Shown piece after piece: positions 40,101 to 52,599 of a stretch of DNA of 64,000 bases. The stretch's first letter is position 1, and each line of letters begins with the position of its first letter. The notes beneath the pieces are model-generated. The model had not been told where the DNA came from, searched no databases, and was given only the letters and a program-made list of their open reading frames with translations. Position numbers and translations under genes: made by a program. The DNA is from Tubiluchus corallicola (Eukaryota; Animalia; Priapulida): assembly GCA_030141605.1 (NCBI GenBank), contig JAQGDQ010000011.1:864066-928065 (forward strand). The letters run 5' to 3'.

Positions 40101-43100
40101 CTACCATTAGATGCAATATCTATAGCAACTATATCAAACAAACTTTTAGCGTAGTTTAGTTTAGTTTAGTTTAGTTTAATTCCAAAATACCTTAATTGTG
40201 AATGAGTATTGTTACATACAATACAATATATACTATTACTGTTATTATTACAGTTATATACTATTAAGCTTACAAATACATGCTATTACTGCGACAAACA
40301 AAGCAGAACAACAAAGCTTACAAACGTAAGCTGTTACTGCAAGAAACAATACACAACAATAAAGCTTACAAACGTAGACTATTACTGCAACAAACAAAGC
40401 AGAACAATAAAGCTTTCAAACGTAGGCTATTCCTGCAACAAACAAAGCAGAACAACAAAGCTCACAAGCCTAAGCTATTACTGCAACAAACAAAGCAGAA
40501 CAATAAAGCTTACAAATGTAGGCTATTACTGCAACAAACAAAGCAGAACAATGAAGCTTACAAATGTAGGCTATTGGTACATTTTTTTTATTATAGTTCT
40601 TTATTTTTAAAAACTATGTACAGAATAATTGTACCAATATTGTACTTGTATTGGTACAATAAACAAAGCAGAACAGGGACGCTTACAAATGTAGGCTATT
40701 ACTGCAGCAAACAAAACATAAGAATTAAGCTTACAAACGTACGCAGGCTATTACTGCAAAAAACGAAGCAAAACAATTAAAAAGTTTCACAAAATATTCA
40801 CGTGTCGGCTCAGCCCAGGAAATTGAGCTTGTACAGGTCTGAGCAGAAGGGCAAAGTGGAAAGAAAAAAATGCAGAACGAAAAAGTAAAAGGAGAATGAA
40901 TTACCAGGGTGATAGTGAGGGTAAGATAATTACAATGAAAAGAGAATTTGATGACGATGAAAATGCAGATTAGAGTCACATGAGAATGTAAACGAGAAAC
41001 AGGTCAATCAGCTGAGATCAATCAGTGATTGCAAAAATCAATATGGAGTCATGTCATGGACAACCGCCTTAGTGCTCCTCCTATGCTTCTTAGTTGACAT
41101 TTCTTCTTGTTCTTTAGTCTTATACGACATGTGAATAGCGAAGAGTACCATACAAGCTAAAATAATGTAACTTTGTCTATTTGAGAATTATACATTCTAT
41201 ATGTTCAGTTTATTATTTAATATCAGGTGTTTTACATTAAACATTTGTATGGTTCACATTTGATATAATAAGGTAAAGGGTTCCATATTAAAAGGCCATA
41301 AAATTTGTAGAAGTGCATAGCAATATTGATGCGAACATATGTGTGACAGTATATTGGTTATAACGTGTATTATGATATTTTACATTTAATTTAACATGAT
41401 TATTAAAGAAATTAGGAGGCAACTTATTATTAGTTTATATAAGATTAAAACTATTATAATGTGCGGCAAGAATATTTTAAAACAACTCACAAACGTTCTC
41501 CTTTTATAACGAACCATAAATACTTTGTGACTAGTATACTTTCTTCCTAGCTACGTCTCTCTTATTTTCTTCGCTTGTCCATGTAATCCGATCATCCGCC
41601 TTTGATCAATATTCACAAACACAATTAACACGATGTGGGGTGCAGCAGAGGTAAATTGTAGCGGCTTCTGAGCCGTAATGAGGTATAAATTTCTCCTGCT
41701 GTCATCGTGGTTGATACATTTCACAGTGTCTAACCTTTAAATGGCACATTCGTATTTGTAAAATTTTGCCTTTCCGTCTTCTGTAGGGTATAGTGTGACA
41801 AAGTGTTAATAAACTGTGCCATTTGCTTCAGAAATTGTCAACTAGTAGAGGCTGATGCACTGAGTGTGCCTTGCTTTGTATAGCTAGTACTGCTCAGGGC
41901 GGTGTTTAGACCTAGTGAGGCCCTAAGCTATATAAAGCCCAAAGGGCGTATTTTTGAATTAGACCACATGGCATCAGGAAACTTGAATATATATATATGC
42001 GTTTTGATTATTTAATAGCAAAGTGAACAATACAAATTGTTTTTTCAAAAATGAATGCATTTACTGTTAATATTTTGTAATACAGTGTGATATACAAACA
42101 AACATTTCTGGGTGTTTGTTTACTGAATATAGAAAGATAAGTAATAAAGAACGCGTTTGCAAAATTATATCAGATAAGCCTATAAGTTACAGCTTAGAGT
42201 ATTTTCTTTCTTTATTTTCCAAAAGCAAAACCATTGATCAAGTCCTAAACGATACGTTACACAATTTGTAACTTTCTATGCACATGGTGCTAAACGCAGA
42301 CAATTTTTCTTGAGACGTGGTTACTTTCATTTCATTTTTGATTCCCTTTAGCTGCGAAAATGATCTCTTTCCTTGAGTATAAAACCCACTCTGGAATCTT
42401 CTTGAGGCTCTTTGCAGATTTTAAGGCCTTAAGCTGTAGCTTGTTTAGCTTGTACCTAAATCGGGCACTGGTACTACTGCTGCGGTCAAATGTGTCATGT
42501 TTTAAAAAAATGCTCTCAGTTGTGTGTTGTGCTTCTTACTTGTGAATTTATTATTAGTTATCATAATTGTGTCTATATTTTTATTTTTGTTCTTTTTTAT
42601 TTCAGAGCCCACGATATCTTCCCACTTATAGAATATGCCCTCAGTTTTACTAGTCGGGAGGAGAAACATTGCAGAATTGGACCGGTTTTGGTACCTCATA
42701 CTTTGCTTCTAGTCAGAGCTCTAATAGTCAAGAAAAAATCTACAAGGTGGGTATATTTATGGAATAGCCATTTTGTAAAAGAACTAACTGGCATTTTAGA
42801 AAAGACATCTCTTACTGAAGCTTTTCTTTTTGCAATTTAAGCTCAAGAAATTCAGAAAAGTGTTTACTTCTTTCCTTTAATGGAACAGGCGCGTTTAATT
42901 TCTCTCGAGCAACTCAAAGACATTGACGAAAGTGGAGAAAATTAGTAAATATAATTTGTTTCTAACTTTCATTGCTTTCATTTTTTTCGGCAATTTGTCA
43001 TGAAAATGTTATTTAATCTTACTACTTCTTGAAATAAATTGATCAGAAAATAGATCACCTTTTCACAAGGGCCATCGTATCTAACGTTACTATTTTTTTA

Positions 43101-46100
43101 CGCAAAAATTCGTCCAAGATTCCATTTGGTTTGTATGGTGGCGTATTAGGGACACAGCAAAAATAAAAAATAAATTTACTAACACAAAAGTATATTGAAA
43201 TTTCAATTTTTTATCTCGATTTTGTAATAAATTCATTCTTTTCTTGTTTTGACCCACTGTAGGTTTAGAATCTCGAAATTTCGACTCTATATCTCTATCA
43301 AAATTAAATCTTTCTTATATAATATTATAATAATGTATTATGGTATCTGTGTGTCAGGTTTATACATGTATTATAGCGCATTATTTAAAGGAAGACCAGG
43401 CGATTGTTTAGACTCAATCTCATTTTAATTTATGTCCAAAATATACATTTTCTTGCATATAAAAGTTAACAATTGTTCCTTATATTTGAATAATTAGCTT
43501 AGAAAATTAATTAACGGCAACCGAACGCATGGATATTGCTTACGTCAGAAACTAACCACAGTTTGTGCAATGGCAGGCGTCTTCCCTTGCGCATTAAGCA
43601 CATTTGCATAAGTGTTACAGTACTGTTTAAATGCATGATGTCTCAAAAAATTACCTGTACATCATATGACGTCAGAAACTAACACTGCAGTTCATGATCA
43701 TGCTTATCACGGTACTGCCTTCTATTTGTCGGCCACGCAGAATGTGATAAAAAGGCGCCACTGCCAATCTTAGTAGATTCACTGAGCCGTGCGTAGCTTT
43801 GAAAATTTAACAAAATTTGAGTATCCATGGTAATTATTATTTAATCTAAGCTTTGATTTAAAAAAAGCTATCGTAGTTTTCAATATTTTAGAGCATTCTT
43901 TATTCTGAACTAATGCCTACACAGTCATCCGGTTTTCCTTTAAGTGTAGTTAATTACCTATCAATAGGTTGTGTTCTGATGTCCTGGCTTTTCAATAACA
44001 CTCAAATTTCTGCAATGTCTGTTACTCTTGGTCTAGATTTTTCTCAAGTATGTTCATCAAATAATTTTGGAAACCTAACTGCTCTTTTTCGTGTATACAC
44101 CCATTCCATTAGATTCATCATCTTCACAGCGATAACCGTGCTTGCATACTTCATTAGCAAATACTTTTGCTGTTCAATATCCATCAGGTTTTTTGCCTTT
44201 TGTTTCCTGTATTATGCTCCTAAACATATTGATTCTTATAGATTTATGCTGCCATAATTAGCTAAATGCTATTGTAAGAAACTTTTTTATTACTATAATC
44301 ATTACTATAAGCATCTACATACAAAAGATAATGTGGGCAAAAGCACGTATCAGGGGTATCTGAGTGAAATTACATAATCTTTGGGAACCAGATAAAGTAA
44401 AAGTATAAAGCCTTTTGCTGCGAGAAGACACCTCTGTCAATGAGTCAAACATTTTAGGTGTCATTTTGTTAAGACAATAACGCAAGTTGTTCGATTCTTA
44501 AGTGTTGGTCACTTAGCTAATTATACATACAGTGCAATAATCATTATGTTATTCTTTGTTAACTTCGAAAATTATAGAACTAGTTCCAAAATTTGGTGCC
44601 CAATGCAATTGCCTAGTTTGCCTAGAGGTAAGAGCCGACCCTGGTATTGTTGTAAATGTAATTGTAAATTTAATTGTAATTGTAAATTTTTCTAATGTAA
44701 ACGTATTTCATACTGAACCATTTTTTGCAGTGAAAGCAGTCAGAACACGGAAGTCCTAGTGTGTAAGAAAGGAACGGCTCATTTACCCATTGTTGAAATA
44801 AGCGTTATGGATTATAGTCTGTCATTTGCCATCGCTAGGATTTTATGGGTATGTATTCCAAGAACATTTATTTTATTAACTATATGTAGTTGGCTTTTTA
44901 ATTTTTCTATATTTTTCAAATGCACTAGTTAAACTGATACATGGAACGGTTAAAACTAAAGCAGTAGGCAAGCAGTTCTTTATAGGACTTGCCAATTATC
45001 TTTTTTTAAAAAGGTAACTGTTGATAACAAACTGAATTACAAAAAAAGAAACAAACGATCAGCAAAAAAACATTGAAGCATAGATATACAAATAGAGACT
45101 GAATAGTTTCCCTGCCTTCACAGTATCAAAAAACTTCATGCACACTGGATACTCATTAATAGCATCCGCCGCTCGAGCATGTGCTCAGTGCGCAACTTGA
45201 ACAAAAATGTGTCTTTGTGGCTTAAAACCAGCCCTGAGGCCGCGCATACGAGGTGTATGCTGTTTCCATTCACCTTTATTGTTTGTTATGGTTATTAATG
45301 CTGTGCTAAAATTTCGCCAAGAAACTGTTACTGGCATCATTTTCCTGATTTTGGTGTCATTTGGTACGTACGATGTTAAGATTATCATCATCCCTTGGCA
45401 GGTTTACGCGCTGGTTAATAGCATCCATGCACAAACATCAGATTTTTTCATTCCTTGTTTTTATTTCATGATACGTTGTTGTTGTTGTTATTGTTTTTTA
45501 CTACTATGTACTTGGCTTTACATCATACCTGGAATTTGGAGAAGCAGATAGTCAGAAGGAAGCACACGCACAAGCTTTCTTATCTATTTATTAAAAGAAA
45601 ACCAGGCCCAATCTTAAATTATAGCTCAAAACTATCTACCATATAAAATACTGAAAGAGATCGTACTATTTCTTAAAAAATAACTTATGTGAAAGAATTA
45701 TTAACACAGAAAAGTTATTTCGTGGTCGCATGGCTTTTTCTTCACTGTTACGTGTATTTTGCCATTCGTTTGTTAGATGGGCACTAATGCCTGCATTTTG
45801 AAAACACTTTATACAAAAAGCAGGTGCTGTACCTCTCACTTCAGAGGTGTTCAATTGTGATGTAGCTCACATGTTCGAGAACTCGTGTGAGCCCAGTGGT
45901 AAACTTGAAATTTCTATTTTAAACTTAAAATTTGCTGAGTTTTTGTATATTACACTGAGTTTTGTATACTTATTGAGTAGCACTATACTTCAATTTTCGC
46001 TTTTGCAAACACGTGCTACATACTCATGGAATGTTTGTGCGATTGAAAATTATGTTCTGTTGTGATGTTATCACTGACTAGGCTCATCTGCCATTAATTA

Positions 46101-46883
46101 AGTTGTAAGCCTATTATTTATTACCAGAAATGCTTTGGCAGTATTACAGGTGTTAAAATGCATACTTTTTACCGAATTTCAAAATGGCGTAGCACATATA
46201 AAATCATTCTTTTTTCCTTTAAGGTAATTGAATTCACTGAAATTCTTATTACACAGTTTGCTGCACTGTGGTTATTTGTTTGTGCACATTCATAGAAAGC
46301 TAAATTTAGCCTAAATATTCGCCAGCAGTAATTTTGTTCAGTCTACCTATGTGTAATAACATTGCTATTATTGCATGTAGCAGGTTGTTTATGTGACAAG
46401 ATGATCGCATTATCCAGCAGAACTATGTTTGCCTGCAACATTTTTGCTCCTTGAATAGCGCCTTGAGTCCTCATTCTCGTTCTCTCGCAGAATCACAAAA
46501 TGAGTGTTTGATTTACTTTGTCCTTTTGTGTCACCGAAGCCTGCAAGGATACATTTCTAATTTCGACTGAATGGTTTTATTGAATTTTACAGTATGCCTT
46601 AGCAAAACAAAAGACATCGGTGCTGACAGTTCACGGCCTCCTCGCGGTGGAACACTCGGGTAAACCAGCACATGAGAATGATGGAATGTGTTTTACCTGC
46701 TTGTCATCTCTTTCTAGCGATGACCCCAAGGTGGAGCTGAAACCAACGTCCTCCGACTACGAATGGGTGGAGATTAAGAATCGGATTCTTTCTCAGGAAA
46801 TCAGCTGTCGCCTGCAGCCATTCATGACAATGCCGACGAACCGCATTGGAGAAAATGAGGAGCTTCCACTGTACATGTCGTAA
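22180..46883 (+). CDS. NUDT18: Nudix hydrolase 18-like (8-oxo-dGDP phosphatase), 7 coding exons, 344 aa
   Basis: Exons 22180-22291, 23748-23911, 26558-26681, 28123-28207, 42606-42746, 44731-44848, 46593-46883; GT-AG, phases consistent, total 1035 nt. [18 protein letters not shown], Nudix box [51 protein letters not shown]....DGMC. The true start may lie further upstream. Confidence 0.9.
22662..22991. mobile_element. hAT-like MITE with TTCGAA-rich subterminal repeats
   Basis: Termini TAGGGGTGAG ... CTCATCCCTA; degenerate 8-bp flanks (5/8); a related fragment lies at about 9061-9105. Confidence 0.55.
27152..27725. mobile_element. Kolobok-like MITE
   Basis: ttaa|AGGAGACCTGGA ... TCCAGTTTTCCT|ttac; TIR 10/12, TTAA-type target site. 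Confidence 0.55.
28840..29150 (-). mobile_element. SINE with 5S rRNA box-A-like head
   Basis: Minus strand AAGTTAAGCAACACTGAG (29087-29104), like the invertebrate 5S box A; body motifs shared with 55551-55647; A-rich tail near 28840. Confidence 0.45.
30793..31209. repeat. Minisatellite, 48-52 bp unit, about 8 copies
   Basis: Unit approx. TGAAGCATTTGCATGTAATAAACCGAACGTGTACACCATGTTACTTGT, tandem and diverged, no spacers. Confidence 0.9.
33355..33772. repeat. Minisatellite, 43 bp unit, about 10 copies
   Basis: Unit TTACAATAATCAGTGGTATTCCAATACTAAGAGTCTGCTAGCA; copies start at 33355, 33398, 33441 and so on. Confidence 0.95.
33773..34087. mobile_element. PIF/Harbinger-like MITE
   Basis: TIR GTTCAGACTAGCGAGTTTTCT ... 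AGAAAACTTGCTAGTCTGAAC(ACGCC), flanked by taa / tta. Confidence 0.65.
34100..35330 (-). mobile_element. Degraded LINE fragments
   Basis: Broken minus-strand frames ([10 protein letters not shown]...[11 protein letters not shown]; ...KTGR.Y... followed by a Cys/ED-like region) resembling the LINE C-terminus at 20.9-21.4 kb. Confidence 0.4.
36109..36666. mobile_element. Long-TIR MITE with TGT...ACA ends (Ginger-like)
   Basis: About 110-bp near-perfect inverted repeats 36109-36218 / 36557-36666; termini TGTCGTGAAG...CTTCACGACA; 5-bp flanks tcacc / tcact. Confidence 0.8.
36745..37028 (+). mobile_element. Helentron-associated (HINE/DINE-1-like) non-autonomous element
   Basis: tattagtaatg then a (TG)n/(GTCT)n microsatellite, ccgcacaataa...gaccaaaatt core, 3' gtctgcac...tgccc..ttctag before a T-rich flank. 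Related TGACCTT-rich relics at about 32170-32310 and 38815-39170. Confidence 0.5.
39810..39887 (+). pseudogene. tRNA-derived relic
   Basis: gTAGTCTTGTGATA ... GGTTCAAATGT followed by T7; no pairing acceptor stem. Confidence 0.35.
40267..40780. repeat. Minisatellite, 48 bp unit, about 9 copies with one interruption
   Basis: Unit AAGCTTACAAATGTAGGCTATTACTGCAACAAACAAAGCAGAACAATA; explains the 16-aa periodic ORFs at 40209 and 40280; interrupted at about 40579-40655. Confidence 0.93.
41895..42470. mobile_element. hAT-type MITE
   Basis: Termini CAGGGCGGTGTTTAG ... CTAAATCGGGCACTG; internal AGGCCYTAAGCT subterminal repeats; 8-bp TSD gtactgct / gtactact. Confidence 0.7.
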
Positions 46884-49800
46884 TGAATAGCATATGATAG
46901 TATGAAACCTGGCCAAGTGGCTTTGAACATGCCATTGCTAGCAGTCTCAAACTTTATAGAACCTTGCACGAGATATTTAACAATTTGCTTAATTTTTTTA
47001 GTGTATTTTTGGAAATGCACAAAGTTGCAAATTCACAAAAACCATTTAGATTTTGTAAGTATCATCTTGGATTTAGGAAAATACAGAATTTAATATATGA
47101 ACCAGACTTTCCAACTCTAAGAGAACACAAATCTGGAGACTTAAAATTAAAAAACCTCAGATTCCTTAAAAAACTGGAGATTTTATATCAAAAATATAAA
47201 GCCAAGTTATGATCACTACTGCATGGAAACATTTTCCCGAAAAGCATTAAACTGATATAGTTAAACGTTAAAACAGTTTTGTAACAAAACAAGAATAATG
47301 TAACACGTTTGCTTGATTTGGTCGTTAATCACAGTCGTTTTTCGTTTCAAAAATGAGCTGCTGCTTGAATGTGGCAGCACTCTAACCCGATTTGCAGAAT
47401 AAAAGTTTCATATTTCTTTTAGTTTATTCAGTATTATCAACATTTACTGTTCCTTTCATTTACCGTGAGAAAGTAAAATGTGTACCAAGATACTGTAAGA
47501 AATGAGTTAAAATCGTCAGAGTTGAGAGGTATGAATGCATTTTCAATTCATTCATGCAGCACCTTAATTGTGTCAATCATTTTGATATATTACGACCCAT
47601 TTGCATTAAAAGTCATATGACAGAAATTAGATTTCGGAAAATAACCAGCAAATTGTTTCAATTACAGCATTTTCTATAAACACACGAAATTTGATAAAAG
47701 TGTGACATTACTGTAAATTTTGATCTCATCATAGAGCTCCGGCATTTGTTCCTTGTATATTTGTATTACATTTGACAAAAAATGATCAATAGTAATGTGT
47801 AATATAGTATGACATATTGACAATATACCGTTCTTGGTCTTCATTCTTTATTGAAATGTCGAGAGTCCCCTGTGATGCTAATATTTCTGGATGTTTTCCT
47901 GGTGGAAGAAGGATGCAGTCACATCCCTATGTGAGCGGTTTTTTGTCCGGTTTTGATTTCGCTGCAAACAGCCGTTGAATACTGGATTCCAGCAGCTTGC
48001 ACAGCTGTATGAATTTATTTTGCTAATTTGCAAATTTCATGGAATATGTATACTTTCTTAGTAGATATTTTTCTCCCACGAAAAGCGTTTGGCAATTTAT
48101 GCAAAAAATCGAGTAGGTTCTGAAGTATGGTCTCAACTCTTTCTAGAATTTTATTTAGATGATGGTAATACCATCTAATGATCAGAAAACCAGATGGTAT
48201 TTTGATCATTTGATCCACGTTCATGCACAAAATTTTCGTTGCCATTACTTGAGTTATTATTTCTTAAAGGGGAAGAAAATCGAATTTTGATGTATGTCTA
48301 CAAAAAACTTTCCATACAAAGTTGTTTGGCCTAGCATTATGCTTATCTGTTTGAAAGATCTGTGTAAATGGAAAAGAAAATTCTTAGTAATTTAAAATGT
48401 TCATGCCAGCTGCTAAAATGACACTGACTCACATTCCCAATGTTCACCGGAAAATGTTAATGATTCACCAAGAAAAAAGACAAATTAATCTTATTGACAA
48501 GATAAAGTAATCTATTTCTTAGTTAGTGGAGTGTGTCTTATGAATGTTCTGATTACTTTTTCCAACTTTACGCAATATTATCTAAACTATTTCAAAAGAT
48601 TTACCATAAAAATGGCTGCATCTAATGGTCATTGTGGGAGTTTAAATTTATAAGTTTTATACAGCATTATTGTTAACACAGGTTCTGTATTAAATAAGAC
48701 AGCATGTAAGTGATATGAAATTCAAGACAGTTTTTTTAGTTTTATATAAGAACTGTTTTTTGTCTTGAAAGGTTTACAAACGTGTTTACGTAAAACCCTT
48801 GGACTGGATAGGAAATGGCAACAGTTAGCAATTAATTACGGATGCCTTGAGCTATAAAAGATTTTGAGGAGCAGCTTATTTGTCAACAATTGCTCTGCAT
48901 TACTGCACATTTTCAAAAACACTTTGGTGTTTTTATTACTTAGATGTGTCAAATTTGTGAATATTGTAAATTTGTAATTTTTGCCTGTATGGATAGATAG
49001 ACTTTCAAAAAATTATTGCTGTTAGAATAAGATTAGAGAGTGTGTGCATTTTAACAAAAAAAGGTATGTGTTATTAGTTTGATAATGTATTTAAAATGCT
49101 AGTATATTTAATACTTTGTGCTAAGTCGAACTATTACAAATTTTTTCTGAAGAATGCAAAATTACAGTATTAAACTGTGTTGGTGTTTTCTGTATAGCAA
49201 CTGGATAATTTCTGTACGCTTAAGATTAGTAGCTTACCACCATGTTCACGAAAATTTGCCATCTTAGTAGTGTTTTATTTACAGGGCACTAAAATCGCCC
49301 ATATATTCTACATATTTCAGTTTTCCCATATGCGGGTACTAAAGCTTTTATCAGGCCATTACCAAACCCATAATGTTGTGGCCATTATCAAAATCCATAA
49401 ACGTTTATAGCACAGAATTCTAGCATGAAATTGCTGATGGTGGAACTAAGTAGCAGGAACGAGTGATTATGACATCAACTGTAAAATGTGCATTTTACCT
49501 TTATAACAAATTACATTTTTCCAAAGACTATCCAGTAATAATTAATAAACTGTACCAAGTTGTGTTTCACACTTTTATTGTAAAACCGTTAGAACGTTTT
49601 GCAAGAAATTGGACCCGCAGAGTGTTTATTTGCTAACGTATAGTGTTGCATAATTACTAATCAGCGCAGTGCAGCAATTATCTCTGTGGAAATATTTTTT
49701 TGTATTCTAATGCCTGATTCATACTATCAAATATAGCTTGGCTGTTCATTATTCACACTGCTAGTGCACTTGGTTTAGAAAAGCCAGTCTAGGTGTATTT

Positions 49801-50468
49801 CTGGGCCTGCATCTATATCTGCTATAATATTTAGCTTATTTTACAGAAATAGCACTGACATTGAGATTTTTTGCATAGTAATCTTATGTATACAGTATGC
49901 ACAGATATGCTGTGCAATACATTTTATTGGTGCACACGATTGTTTTGTGTTTTTTTTGTTATTTATTCTTTGTTTATAGTTTTTGTTATTATACATCGTT
50001 TTTTAAACTTATTGCTAATTTAATGTTAGATTAATCTGTAGGTACGTAAAAGAAAGTTTTTAAACTCTTTACAAGAAGAACAATATCTGTTTCATAAACA
50101 CCCCATTATATAATGTTTTTTGTTTTTTTTTCATTAAATAAAGAAATCAATGTTTCTAGTGACTGCTAGTGTGCAATAGAAACGTTGAATTTTTTCTAAT
50201 GAAAAATGAATAAAATTCAATTATATTATAAATTTATTATATTGTGGATGTTTATGAAACGTATGTATAGTATTATTGTCGCATAGCTGCCTGTACAAAT
50301 TTTTATAGTCTGCTGTTACTTGGAAGGTGTGATGCTTAGATTCTCATTCTTATCTTTGATAGTTAGTTTAATTTATCAATCATCTTAATGTATTGTGTGG
50401 GGGGAAAGACATGAAGTTATGAAGGCCTATGTAATTGTTACACTTTGCGAAGAAAGATCCACTGTACG

Positions 50469-50712
50469 CAGGGCCTATTTCAGGGTGGGGGGTAAGTGGG
50501 GATACTTCCCCGAGGCCTCACCCTCCAGGGGGGCCTCGCGCCGAGGTAACATTTTTTTGCTTTATGCGAACATTCAATTGTTCTTTCCTTTAACAACTGT
50601 ATAACTCCATACTTTCTCTTCGAAAATGCTTCTCCGGCGTTCTAGCCGTTCAAAAATTTTCTGGTGCTTCGCCCCACTTCCCCAGGCCTCGCTTAGGCTG
50701 AAGTAGGCCCTG
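50469..50712. mobile_element. Young hAT MITE, 244 bp
   Basis: 15-bp TIR CAGGGCCTATTTCAG / CTGAAGTAGGCCCTG (14/15) and perfect 8-bp TSD ACTGTACG (50461-50468, 50713-50720). Confidence 0.9.
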
Positions 50713-50784
50713 ACTGTACGTCCATTCTATGCTTTTTTTGTATTTTTATTCTATATAATTTCATTTCGCTCGAACACAACGACG

Positions 50785-52580
50785 CATGTTTTCGCTTCTT
50801 TCTGTATTAACAGTTTTATATATTTGACTGTCTGTCGAAAAAATGTGTCTGCTTGTTAATTAAATGCTGCTCTATCAATAGAACAATTGTCTTAAAGTAC
50901 ACGCCTTTTAGTTGGTCGAGTTTAGACGGCTTAATTAGTGTCTTTATTACGAATTCACAAACATTGCCAGAAAGTAAAATGTCTAACGGATGTCTAACAA
51001 GTACGCTCGACGCTCAACCCAATCTTTTGCAGGATTATAAGACAGTATATATCTAGCAAGACATTGGAATTTAGGAAATGGCTTCAATCTCCTTTACGCA
51101 TCATCGCCTGTCTGGTGTAACACAGGTTAGCTAGACGGACAGAAATAAATGAGAGAGGAGTGCCAGAGAAAAGGAGAAAGAACAGTCAGGCTGAGTCACC
51201 GAATTTATTATTGAGTACCCAATTATATAAGCCAATGTTAAAGCAGGGACTAAAGCAAAATTGTTATTAAGTAAGCGCTGTGAAATAGTGTACAACTATT
51301 GTGCGTTTTTCTTTGAATTATATAATTAACAATGTGATTTAATACATAATTCTACTACTATTACCTAGTATATTATACATACATTATTTTTTAAATGAAA
51401 TACTAATGTTACTGTAATTTATTTAATTTTTCGACGAGAAATTTCTTGTTATAATTAATAATAAACATTAAACAGGTATCCATGTTTTATCACATATTTT
51501 CTGTTATGTGTACCTTCTAACGATTATCTGTAAATGTAACTGCAACATCATCGTATGTTAATTGTATACCATGCTCATACGATAACTTGAACGTTCTACA
51601 TCTGCACATGATCACTGGAACACCATTTTAGTAGTGTCAGGTAAATTCTGGAAAGACGTGGGGCCCCACCTATCTACTTATCCTGCTAGAAAAATGAGAT
51701 GGTTGGTGACAAGTTCTTATCCAGTTGTAATTTCGTATTAACTGTGGTTTTTTACACGTAAGAAGAATTCGTCTTAACAAGAATGTAAGGAAGCATTATC
51801 AGAATGTAGGCATAATTGTAGATTATTAAAATTTTTAAAGGACCTGGAAATATGATTAAGAAATTAATACCGATACTTTTACCAGAGAGAAGGAACGAGG
51901 CTATCGTTCTAATCGTTGAGCATAACGTATAAACTATAATTCTTGCTGAGAATCAAATCTCTGCGACAAAAACAGTGGTCACGTGCAATACGCTGATTGG
52001 GTAAATCTCGTGAAGAAAACGTCATCGGGAAATGATACACCAATCACCATAACTCAAGAATTTTTTTGCGCGTGTCTAGACAATCACTTTTGCGCGTTAC
52101 TTGCCAGCAACTGCGAGGGTGTCCGATATCCTAAATGAGGATGATGATATTTAATTTCAAATTTTTGCAATTTTGTTCAAAACAAAGACTAAACACGTTA
52201 AAATCAGCGGTAAAGATGCCAGACTATTCGCGCAAGAACGACTCACGTTTTCGCTTCTTCCCGTATTAATATTTTTTACAGATTTCAGGAAAGATTTCTT
52301 AACTGTCTGCGGAAAAATGTGTCTGGAGTGCTCGCCACGTAAATGCAATTACAAGTGCTACATGTCTTTTCCTTTTCGGGTTTAGACGGCTTAATTTGTG
52401 TCTTTATAATGACACAAATATTGCCAGGAAAATAAAATGTCTAACGGGTGTATGTCACAAAATACGCTCAACTAGATCTTTGTTACAATTACAAGGCAAT
52501 ATAAATCTGTGCTAAGATACAACAAGCAATTAAAACATAGGAATTTAGGAAATGGCTTTAATTTGCTTTACGCATCATCA
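50785..52580 (+). repeat. Dispersed direct repeat pair, about 330 bp (approx. 50785-51105 and 52245-52580)
   Basis: Shared blocks in the same order: gttttcgcttctt, aaaaatgtgtctg, gtttagacggcttaatt, taaaatgtctaacgg, ggaatttaggaaatggctt, tttacgcatcatc. Confidence 0.8.
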
Positions 52581-52599
52581 GTAACATAATCTTAGGTGC

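Noticed and set aside
30793-40780. Regularly spaced repeats as CRISPR arrays
   Set aside because: Units are head-to-tail with no unique spacers, lie in a eukaryotic intron, and there are no cas genes; they are minisatellites.
40209-40780. 133-aa and 166-aa ORFs with 16-aa repeats
   Set aside because: By-product of a 48-bp (3n) tandem unit open in two frames; no splice or homology support.
47911-47926. IRE-like hairpin ggatg-CAGTCA-catcc downstream of NUDT18
   Set aside because: The loop is not CAGUGN and there is no bulged C.
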